Positions 1 to 7,354 of a stretch of 64,000 bases of DNA are shown here, piece by piece. Made by a program: the position numbers and the translations under genes. This DNA comes from an uncultured Pelagibacteraceae bacterium (lineage in GTDB: Bacteria > Pseudomonadota > Alphaproteobacteria > Pelagibacterales > Pelagibacteraceae): the NCBI GenBank assembly GCA_902601705.1, contig CACKNV010000002.1:44043-108042 (forward strand), written 5' to 3'. The notes under the pieces are model-generated. The model worked only from the letters and a program-made list of their open reading frames with translations, ran no database searches and was not told the DNA's origin. Each line of letters opens with the position of its first letter. Positions within the stretch are counted from its first letter, which is position 1.

Positions 1-669
1 TCCGTTTACTAATTCTGTAATTTCTTTATTTACGAATATCCTAAGAGCTTGAAAGGTTTTTGTGCATGGATTTATTTTTTTTGAGAAATTTTTTTTTTTA
101 CTTCTTTCAATAATTTTTACTAATTCAGAAGTGCTTGTAATTCTTTTAATATTTCTATATTTTACTATATTCTTAGCAATCTTAGATGCATCTTTTTCGT
201 CTCCTAAAAATTTAATAATATATTTTAATTCTTTCTCATTTAAATTATTAACAACGTCTACAGCTGAAATATTATTTAAACCCATTGCCATATCTAAATC
301 GTAACTAGACTTAAAAGAAAAACCTCTTTTTAGATCATTTAATTGAATTGAAGATAGCCCAAGATCAAAAATTACAACATCCACATAATCGCTGATAGTT
401 TGATCTAATTGACTAAATCTAGATTGATGAAATTTAAATCGCTTTGGGAATTTTTTTTCAAGTTCTTTGGCTAGTGATAAAACTTTTTTATCTCTATCAA
501 TAGCTTGAATTATTGTATTAGAAAAATTTAAAATTGCTCTTGAGTATCCTCCACCGCCAAATGTACAATCAACGAATTTTCCGCCATTAGAAGGTGAAGA
601 AATTTTTAAAACCTCATTCAACATCACTGGAAAATGGGAGAATTCCAGTGATGAGGTTTGATTGATCAT
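1..669 (-). CDS. rsmH: 16S rRNA (cytosine1402-N4)-methyltransferase RsmH/MraW, N-terminal 223 codons; the 3' end runs off the window
   Basis: Not in the ORF track. My reverse-strand translation from the ATG at 669 reads MINQTSSLEFSHFPVMLNEVLKISSPSNGGKFVDCTFGGGGYSRAIL...DLGLSS...NPCTKTFQALRIFVNKE. It carries the RsmH HFPVM and DxTFGGGG SAM-binding motifs and stays open to position 1. Confidence 0.85.
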   Translation of the reverse strand, partial: MINQTSSLEFSHFPVMLNEVLKISSPSNGGKFVDCTFGGGGYSRAILNFSNTIIQAIDRDKKVLSLAKELEKKFPKRFKFHQSRFSQLDQTISDYVDVVIFDLGLSSIQLNDLKRGFSFKSSYDLDMAMGLNNISAVDVVNNLNEKELKYIIKFLGDEKDASKIAKNIVKYRNIKRITSTSELVKIIERSKKKNFSKKINPCTKTFQALRIFVNKEITELVNG

Positions 670-687
670 GTGTCCAGCTCTGAATCA

Positions 688-2175
688 TTAAAATTTTTGT
701 TTTCTCAAAAATGCAGGTATTTCAAAGTCTTCTTCCTCGTCCATATCTTGATCAAATAATTGATCTGACTCTGTTTGCTTCTCTTTACTTATATCTACAC
801 TTTCATCGTAAAGGTGGCTTTGGTCATCAGAAAATAATTTTGGTGTATATTCTTCCTCTCTATCTAACGGAGATGAATTTTGCCCGCTTTCCAAATTATT
901 ATTCTCTATGTAAGATGCACTTTCTATAGAAACACCTGATGGAATATTGTCAGTAATCTTTTGCGTCTGATCAATCTGATTCATATTTAAATCTTCATTA
1001 AGATTCTCATTTTCAATTTCTCCAATTGAGTTACTTTGTTGTTCATCTAATTGATAGCTTTCATCCAGTTTAAGTGCTGTGGCACCTTCAATTGAATTTA
1101 GAGTATTATTTTCTACTCTAGGATTGTGAGAAAATAAGTTTTCAGAATAACCTGTGTTTCTGTTGTGGATACGAGAGACCATGTTAAGAACAGTTTTATC
1201 CTCAGTTTTATATCCATCAAGAGCAGTAGCAACTATAGAGACTCTAATTTTTCCTGTCATTTTTTCATCTTTTATAGCACCAAAAATTATTTCAGCCTCA
1301 GGATCTACTTCGGCTCTTATTTTATTTACGGACTGATCTACTTCGAAGAGCGTTAGATCATTTCCGCCAGTAATATTTATTAATAAGCCTTTAGCGCCTT
1401 GAAGAGAGTATTCATCAATTAATGGGTTATTGAGAGCCATTTCAGTAGCGGACATTGCTCTATTTTCTCCCTCTGCTTCACCCGTTCCCATCATTGCTTT
1501 GCCCTTTGAGCTCATAACAGTTTCAACATCAGCAAAATCAAGATTTATCATTCCTGGTCTTACCATTAAATCGGTTACACTTTGCACGCCATGTTTTAAA
1601 ACATTGTTAGATAGATTAAATGATTCCTCCAATGTAGTAGTTTCACTTGCAATTTTAAAAAGATTTTGATTTGGCACAACGATTACTGTATCTAAATGTT
1701 TTTTAAATTGCTCTAATCCCATAACTGCACTTCTCATTCTCTTAGGTCCTTCGTAAGAAAACGGTAAGGTAGTTACGCCTACAGTCAAAATATTTAATTC
1801 TCTAGCTGCTTTCGCTATCACATGTGAGGCTCCAGTTCCTGTCCCGCCGCCCATTCCTGATGTAATAAAAACCATGTTAGCGCCTTGCATGTAGTTTATA
1901 ATTTCATTTAATGACTCGTCAGCAGCAGCTTGACCAATATCGTGTTTTGCTCCTGCTCCTAAACCTTTAGTTAAGTTCATACCAATTTGAATTTTTGCAT
2001 GAGCCTTGCTCATTTTTAAGTCTTGAGCATCCGTGTTTACAGCAACAAATTCAACTCCTTCCATTCCTGCATCGATCATAGCATTAATAGCATTTCCTCC
2101 TGCCCCGCCAACGCCTAATACTAAAATTCTAGGTTTTAATTCCCTTAGTTCTCCTCCGCCAATATTTATGCTCAT
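688..2175 (-). CDS. ftsZ: Cell division GTPase FtsZ
   Basis: Contains the tubulin signature GGGTGTG and an N-terminal VLGVGGAGGNAI motif. A long N/E/D/Q-rich linker is followed by the conserved C-terminal peptide DFEIPAFLRKQ. An AAGGGAG Shine-Dalgarno lies at 2183-2189, inside the mraZ 3' end. Confidence 0.97.
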   Translation of the reverse strand: MSINIGGGELRELKPRILVLGVGGAGGNAINAMIDAGMEGVEFVAVNTDAQDLKMSKAHAKIQIGMNLTKGLGAGAKHDIGQAAADESLNEIINYMQGANMVFITSGMGGGTGTGASHVIAKAARELNILTVGVTTLPFSYEGPKRMRSAVMGLEQFKKHLDTVIVVPNQNLFKIASETTTLEESFNLSNNVLKHGVQSVTDLMVRPGMINLDFADVETVMSSKGKAMMGTGEAEGENRAMSATEMALNNPLIDEYSLQGAKGLLINITGGNDLTLFEVDQSVNKIRAEVDPEAEIIFGAIKDEKMTGKIRVSIVATALDGYKTEDKTVLNMVSRIHNRNTGYSENLFSHNPRVENNTLNSIEGATALKLDESYQLDEQQSNSIGEIENENLNEDLNMNQIDQTQKITDNIPSGVSIESASYIENNNLESGQNSSPLDREEEYTPKLFSDDQSHLYDESVDISKEKQTESDQLFDQDMDEEEDFEIPAFLRKQKF

Positions 2176-2636
2176 TACAATTCTCCCTTCTGTTTAGTTT
2201 CCCATTTTAGATTTGATCTATTTTGATAAGCTTTTTTTCTTGCAACAATTTTAAATTTTTCAAAGTTTTTTGGTTCCCAAATTTGAAAAGTTTTGCCAAG
2301 TCCAACAAATAAAACATTATTTTTAATATTTGCATGACTCAAAAGTTTATCAGTTAAAGAAACTCTGCCTTCAGTATCAAATTGTAAATTTTCACTTTCT
2401 GATAATATTGAAGTGGCAAAAAAATCTCTTTTTTCCTCAAACGGATTCAGTGAGTCTATTGTATTTGAAAGTTTTTCAATTCTATCTTGTGAACATGCTT
2501 CAAGTGCAGAGTGATTAAAAGACGGATAACTGATAAATCCATTATAACCCATTGAATTTAGATGCGATCTAAATGTTGCAGGCACTGAAACTCGTCCTTT
2601 CTTGTCTATTTTGTTCACGTAACTTGATAAAAACAT
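2175..2636 (-). CDS. mraZ: Transcriptional regulator MraZ
   Basis: The N-terminus NKIDKKGRVSVPATFR is a SpoVT/AbrB-like MraZ repeat, and a second repeat reads DTEGRVSL. Size is 153 aa. Its stop overlaps the ftsZ start as TAATG. Confidence 0.9.
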   Translation of the reverse strand: MFLSSYVNKIDKKGRVSVPATFRSHLNSMGYNGFISYPSFNHSALEACSQDRIEKLSNTIDSLNPFEEKRDFFATSILSESENLQFDTEGRVSLTDKLLSHANIKNNVLFVGLGKTFQIWEPKNFEKFKIVARKKAYQNRSNLKWETKQKGEL

Positions 2637-2687
2637 TTTTTAAAAAAGTTCTATATTTGTTAATATTTATCAATACATCCTCCATTA

Positions 2688-2711
2688 TGGGATTAATTGG
2701 GATAGTATGGG
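2688..2711. promoter_or_regulatory. Three direct TGGGN repeats with 5-nt spacers (TGGGA-ttaat-TGGGA-tagta-TGGGT); candidate MraZ operator
   Basis: TGGG occurs at 2688-2691, 2698-2701 and 2708-2711, giving an exact 10-bp phase. The repeats sit 52-75 nt upstream of the mraZ start and overlap the candidate -10. They read as TGGG on the + strand, which is CCCA in the mraZ direction. Confidence 0.5.
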
Positions 2712-2729
2712 TTTTGAAAGATTAGTCAA
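2702..2729 (-). promoter_or_regulatory. Candidate sigma-70 promoter for mraZ-ftsZ-rsmH
   Basis: On the minus strand, TTGACT (2729-2724) is followed by a 16-nt spacer and TACTAT (2707-2702). The AT-rich background makes -10-like hexamers common. Confidence 0.3.
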
Positions 2730-2780
2730 CAGATTAATATTATTTAAAAAGTACAAAAGTAGAACAGCATTAACGAGGAT

Positions 2781-3142
2781 TTTGCTAGATAATCTATAAG
2801 CCGGGTTCTGTCATTGAAGATGTCATTTATCTAGGCTTAAATTCGCATTTAAGCTCAAGCGGTTAACCCAGAGGACTAACTAAAGACTGTTTTGAGTGTT
2901 TTCACACATTGTCCTCTCTATTTAACCTTGCTCCCAGTGGGGTTTGCCGTGCGTTTTTTGTTGCCAAAAAACCGGTGAGCTCTTACCTCGCCGTTTCACC
3001 CTTGCCTTGATAAGGCGGTTTATTTTCTGTGGCACTATCCCTGAAGTCACCCTCGCCAGTAATTAACTGGCACTGTGTCTTTATGGAGCCCGGACTTTCC
3101 TCTATTAGCTTGCTAATAGCGACAATCCAATTATCTAGCAAA
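2781..3142 (-). ncRNA. rnpB: RNase P RNA, bacterial type A
   Basis: The reverse strand contains GAGGAAAGUCCGGGCUCCA, GGGUGAAACGG, GGUAAGAGCUCACC and ACAGAACCCGGCUUA. The P1 helix pairs GCUAGAUAAU with AUUAUCUAGC at the two ends. The region is a GC-rich island; end positions are good to about 3 nt. Confidence 0.93.
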
Positions 3143-3145
3143 TGT

Positions 3146-3174
3146 TTAATATTTAATTATTTGCAATTAATCAA
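3146..3174 (-). promoter_or_regulatory. Candidate promoter for rnpB
   Basis: On the minus strand, TTGATT (3174-3169) is followed by a 17-nt spacer and TATTAA (3151-3146). That places a start about 7 nt downstream, at the first base of the P1 helix. Confidence 0.35.
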
Positions 3175-3185
3175 GATCTAAGATT

Positions 3186-3890
3186 TCAAAGTAAAAAATG
3201 GCTTATTTTATAGGTTTTTTTATCAATTTTGCCTGTAATATTTTTAGGCAAATAATGTAGTTGAAAAGATTTAATTACCTTCCTGTCATTTTTTTTTCTT
3301 CTATGAACGCTAAAATATCTAAATCCTAATATTTGTATGTTTTTAAAAAATAAAAATTCCATTTTTTTAATATTTTTTTCAGGAAGCATTTTTTTCTCTT
3401 TGTACCATTTTCCAATTCCATAGGTGCTAAGTTTTTTCCAAGGAAATTTTTCACCTGGATCAATTTTCCTTAACGGAGCTATATCAGAATGACCAAGAAA
3501 ATTTTCTGACTTTAAAGCGTATTTTTTTTTTAAATTTTTACATACTAAAATTAAACTTCTTATTTGTTTATGAGTAAATTTTTGGTATCCGAATTGATGG
3601 CCTTTATTAACTAGCTCAATACCAATAGATAGATTATTTAAATTTATGAATTTTTTCCATTTTGATTTACCAGCGTGCCAAGCTATGTTTTTTTCTTTTA
3701 CCATTTTAATAACTTCCCCTTTTCTATTAATCAGATAGTGGCAACTAACTTTATATTTAGGATTTTTAAGTCTTCGCTTAGATTCAATTTCTGATTGCAT
3801 TCCTGTATAATGAATGATCACGAATTTTATATCTTTTTTTTGCCTATTTTTTTTAGAATAATTTGGAGATAAATTTGATATAATTTTCAT
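3186..3890 (-). CDS. N-acetylmuramoyl-L-alanine amidase (Amidase_2, AmpD/AmiD-like) with a degenerate C-terminal peptidoglycan-binding-like segment
   Basis: Motifs: VIIHYTGM, SCHYLINRKGEV, AWHAGKSKW, SIGIELVN, GHSDIAPLRKIDPGEKFPW. Confidence 0.8.
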   Translation of the reverse strand: MKIISNLSPNYSKKNRQKKDIKFVIIHYTGMQSEIESKRRLKNPKYKVSCHYLINRKGEVIKMVKEKNIAWHAGKSKWKKFINLNNLSIGIELVNKGHQFGYQKFTHKQIRSLILVCKNLKKKYALKSENFLGHSDIAPLRKIDPGEKFPWKKLSTYGIGKWYKEKKMLPEKNIKKMEFLFFKNIQILGFRYFSVHRRKKNDRKVIKSFQLHYLPKNITGKIDKKTYKISHFLL

Positions 3891-3982
3891 ATGTTAAAAT
3901 TAGGCCTTATAATTACGTATTTTAGACAATTTTAAGCTAAATTTTATATAGAATATAGATTAAAATTATATATATAGCCATT

Positions 3983-4726
3983 ATGCAAACTTTAAAAATA
4001 TTTAGAATAGCTGGTTTAGCTCTTATCATAATGTTTTTTCAGGCAACAAAGTTAAGTTCTGCTGAAGAATGTTTTGAAAAAACAAGCAGGGCAATTTTTA
4101 AATTTAATATGGCTTTTGATGACATTATTCTAGAACCTATTTCTAAAGGATATAATAAACTTCCTTCACCAGTCAGAACTGGTACGAGTAATTTTACTTC
4201 AAACATTGGAACTTTACTCTCTATTCCAAATAATATTTTACAAGGGAATTTAACTCAATTAGGTCACTCAGTTGGGAGTTTCGCGATAAATACCACAGTT
4301 GGTATTTTAGGTTTTCTTAATCCTGCAGAAAAGATTGGATTAAAACCTCACAAAGAAGATGTAGGGCAAACTCTAGGATCATACGGAATTGGCACAGGTT
4401 GTTATTTTGTGCTCCCAATTTTAGGACCAACTACAGCAAGAGACTCTCTCGGTCTTTTAGCAGATACATTTGTTGATCCTTTTGCTCATATCACTTTAAG
4501 GGAAAAAGAATTATTAAGTTCATCAGGAAACGTTCTAGATTATTATTCGGTCAAAGCGACAACTGCTATTGATTTTAGGGCTAATAATGACGCTAACCTA
4601 GAAAGTTTAGAAAAGAACTCCATTGACCTATACTCATCATATAAAAGTATCTATCTACAAGATAGAGAAAATAAAATAAAAAATACATCCAGTAATCTGG
4701 ACGATTGGGACAGTTTAGATAATTAA
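3983..4726 (+). CDS. mlaA: MlaA/VacJ family outer-membrane lipid asymmetry protein
   Basis: FKFNMAFDDIILEPISKGYNKLPSPVRTGTSNFTSNIGTLLSIPNNILQG and GIGTGCYFVLPILGPTTARD match the VacJ family pattern. Confidence 0.8.
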   Translation: MQTLKIFRIAGLALIIMFFQATKLSSAEECFEKTSRAIFKFNMAFDDIILEPISKGYNKLPSPVRTGTSNFTSNIGTLLSIPNNILQGNLTQLGHSVGSFAINTTVGILGFLNPAEKIGLKPHKEDVGQTLGSYGIGTGCYFVLPILGPTTARDSLGLLADTFVDPFAHITLREKELLSSSGNVLDYYSVKATTAIDFRANNDANLESLEKNSIDLYSSYKSIYLQDRENKIKNTSSNLDDWDSLDN

Positions 4727-4733
4727 AAGTAAA

Positions 4734-5330
4734 ATGAGAAAAATAGGTATTTATTTAATTTCGTTTTTTTTCTTAATACAAAGCTCTTTAATGGCCTATA
4801 GTTCAAATCCTAAAGATTTTATTAATGAATTAGTCAACGATGCTTTAAGTAAATTATCAGATAAAAATCTTAATAAAGAAGAAAAATCAGAATTCGTTGA
4901 AAAATTGGCACTAGAAAATGTAGATATAAATGCTCTAGGTCTTTACGCTCTTGGCGTATTAAGAAAATCCTCTAGTGAAAGTGAAATTTCAGATTTTCAA
5001 ACGTCATTTGAAAAATATTTTTTAAAAAGTCTGACTTCAAGATTGACGGATTATTCTTCAAGTGAGTTTACAATTATTGGTGAAGACAAAAAAAGCCCTA
5101 ATACTACAATTATAAATTCTAAGGTAACTCCTAAAGATGGCGGTCCTGAGATTAAAATTGACTGGAGAGTATATACAAAAAATCCAGATAAACCTTTAAT
5201 AAGAGATTTGATTGTTGAAGGTTTAAGTATGGCAAGGGTTCAAAAAGAAGAATTTGCCTCAATTCTAAATTCTAATGATAATGATATAAGAATTTTAATT
5301 ATTAAATTAGAGGATTTTGTTAATAATTAA
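4734..5330 (+). CDS. mlaC: MlaC/Ttg2D-like periplasmic phospholipid-binding protein
   Basis: Has a signal peptide, an appropriate size, and a position immediately after mlaA. The general Ttg2D-like pattern is present (N-terminal helix DALSKLSD..., DWRVY...). Similarity was judged by eye only. Confidence 0.55.
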   Translation: MRKIGIYLISFFFLIQSSLMAYSSNPKDFINELVNDALSKLSDKNLNKEEKSEFVEKLALENVDINALGLYALGVLRKSSSESEISDFQTSFEKYFLKSLTSRLTDYSSSEFTIIGEDKKSPNTTIINSKVTPKDGGPEIKIDWRVYTKNPDKPLIRDLIVEGLSMARVQKEEFASILNSNDNDIRILIIKLEDFVNN

Positions 5331-5331
5331 T

Positions 5332-5408
5332 TGGTGGGCCCGCCAGGACTCGAACCTGGGACCAATACATTATGAGTGTACTGCTCTAACCAACTGAGCT
5401 ACAGGCCC
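5332..5408 (-). tRNA. tRNA with CAU anticodon; elongator type, probably tRNA-Ile2 (lysidine) rather than tRNA-Met
   Basis: The reverse strand reads GGGCCTGTAGCTCAGTTGGTTAGAGCAGTACACTCATAATGTATTGGTCCCAGGTTCGAGTCCTGGCGGGCCCACCA. It folds as a cloverleaf, has the anticodon loop CTCATAA and encodes its CCA. It has C4:G69 and C5:G68 and lacks initiator features. Confidence 0.9.
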
Positions 5409-5435
5409 AAAACTTATCACTTATACCACATTAAG

Positions 5436-7301
5436 TTATTTTTCTAGGAAACTTTTTAGTTGTTTAGATCTGCTAGGATGTTTTAGTTTTCTCAAAGCTT
5501 TTGCTTCAATTTGCCTGATTCTTTCTCTAGTCACTGAAAATTGTAAACCAACTTCCTCCAAAGTATGGTCTGTATTCATACCTATTCCAAATCGCATACG
5601 AAGAACTCTTTCTTCCCTGGGGGTCAAAGAAGCTAAAATTTTTGTTGTAGATTCACTTAAATTCGATTGTATTGCTGTATCAAGAGGCTGTAATGCATTT
5701 TTATCCTCGATAAAGTCGCCTAAGCTACTATCCTCTTCATCACCAACTGGTGTTTCCAATGAAACTGGCTCTTTTGCTATCTTTAAAACTTTTCTTACTT
5801 TTTCTAAAGGCATAGCTAATTTCTTAGCTAACTCTTCCGGTGTTGGTTCTCTACCAAATTCACTCATAATCTGTCTTTGAGTTCTCACTATTTTATTTAT
5901 TGTTTCAATCATGTGAACTGGTATTCTAATAGTTCTTGCTTGATCTGCAATTGACCTTGTGATTGCTTGCCTTATCCACCAAGTCGCATATGTAGAAAAT
6001 TTATAACCTCTTCTGTATTCGAATTTATCCACCGCTTTCATTAAACCAATATTTCCCTCTTGAATTAAATCTAAAAATTGAAGGCCTCGATTAGTATATT
6101 TTTTTGCGATTGAAATGACTAATCTTAAATTTGCCTCGACCATTTCTTTTTTAGCTATTCTAGATTCTCTTTCACCTTTTTGAATTCTACTAACTAATTT
6201 TTTGAACTCACCAACTGACAGACCAATCTTTTTACTGAATTCAACAAGCCTCTCTTTTATCTCTGTAAAATCTTTTTTGTATTTTTTGAAAAAAGCTTTC
6301 CAAGTTGGGTTCTCTTTTAAGAATGACTCAAACTTTGGATTTATTTCATTTCCAACATAATATTTTAGAAATTCTTCTCTTGATATTTTGTTATCCATCG
6401 CCAATCTTAAAAGAACTCCTTCTAAAGAAACTATTTTTTTGTTTTCCTTATAATGAGATTGAACCAATTCTTCCACTACGTGAGGTGCTAATTGTAAATT
6501 TTTAAAATTATCAACCAGTATTTCTTGAATTTTTTTAAAATTTTTATTTTTAGAAACAGATAATTCTCTGGAGTTCAATAAACATTCAAGTTTTTCAACT
6601 TGATATTTTTGAAGTTTTGAATAGTTTTTATTAAGCGAGTCTAAAATATTTATTATTTTTGGTTTGATCTCCTCTTCCATTTTTGCCAAAGAAACATTGA
6701 ATTCATCATCTTCGCTTGAGGTGTTTTCCTCTTTTTTTTCTGTGTCATCAATCTTCTCTTTTTCTTTTTTTGATTTGGTCTTTTTATTAATTTTTAAATC
6801 ATCATCATCATCCAATGCTTCAAAATCTTCGTAGGTGGAGTCTATATCAATAATATCACGCACTAGCATTTGTTGACTTTCAATTTGCTCTTTCCATTCA
6901 AATATTTTTTTTCCAACAATTGGACTTTGAGTTAATGCATTGATCATCACATCTTTTCCAGCTTCTATTCGTTTTGCTATTGCTATTTCACCCTCTCTTG
7001 AAAGAAGCTCAACGCCTCCCATTTCTCTAAGATACATTCTAATAGGATCATCGCTTTTATCGGAAGTTTTTTCCTCAGTTTGTGAGGTTGCTTCTTTCTT
7101 TTTATTTGATTGAAATTGAGATTTTTTTTCAACTAAAGTTATTTTTTCATCGACTAGTATAATAAAAGCTCGTTCAATATTTTCATTAGTGCTGTTTCTT
7201 TTACCTAAAGACTTGCTAAGCTCTTCATAAGTTATAAAACCTCTGTGTTTCCCTTTATCTAGAAGCCTTTCAAATGATTTTGTTATGAGTTTTTCAGCCA
7301 T
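5436..7301 (-). CDS. rpoD: RNA polymerase primary sigma factor (sigma-70)
   Basis: Regions 2-4 are conserved ([59 protein letters not shown]). An acidic non-conserved insert is present. Confidence 0.97.
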   Translation of the reverse strand: MAEKLITKSFERLLDKGKHRGFITYEELSKSLGKRNSTNENIERAFIILVDEKITLVEKKSQFQSNKKKEATSQTEEKTSDKSDDPIRMYLREMGGVELLSREGEIAIAKRIEAGKDVMINALTQSPIVGKKIFEWKEQIESQQMLVRDIIDIDSTYEDFEALDDDDDLKINKKTKSKKEKEKIDDTEKKEENTSSEDDEFNVSLAKMEEEIKPKIINILDSLNKNYSKLQKYQVEKLECLLNSRELSVSKNKNFKKIQEILVDNFKNLQLAPHVVEELVQSHYKENKKIVSLEGVLLRLAMDNKISREEFLKYYVGNEINPKFESFLKENPTWKAFFKKYKKDFTEIKERLVEFSKKIGLSVGEFKKLVSRIQKGERESRIAKKEMVEANLRLVISIAKKYTNRGLQFLDLIQEGNIGLMKAVDKFEYRRGYKFSTYATWWIRQAITRSIADQARTIRIPVHMIETINKIVRTQRQIMSEFGREPTPEELAKKLAMPLEKVRKVLKIAKEPVSLETPVGDEEDSSLGDFIEDKNALQPLDTAIQSNLSESTTKILASLTPREERVLRMRFGIGMNTDHTLEEVGLQFSVTRERIRQIEAKALRKLKHPSRSKQLKSFLEK

Positions 7302-7354
7302 AATTGGATATTGAAGTATATATAATGACTAACTTATGAAAATCTATACTCTTT

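Noticed and set aside
62-304. An 80-aa plus-strand ORF at the left edge of the window.
   Set aside because: It is antisense to the clearly recognisable rsmH coding sequence (1-669, minus strand), and its product is hydrophobic low-complexity sequence.
2636-2685. An upstream ATG preceded by GGAGG-like sequence (ATGGAGGATG) that might extend mraZ or encode a leader peptide.
   Set aside because: When I counted the bases, this ATG is out of frame with mraZ. It opens an ORF of about 39 codons that merely overlaps the mraZ 5' end. It has no ribosome-binding site and no support from conservation.
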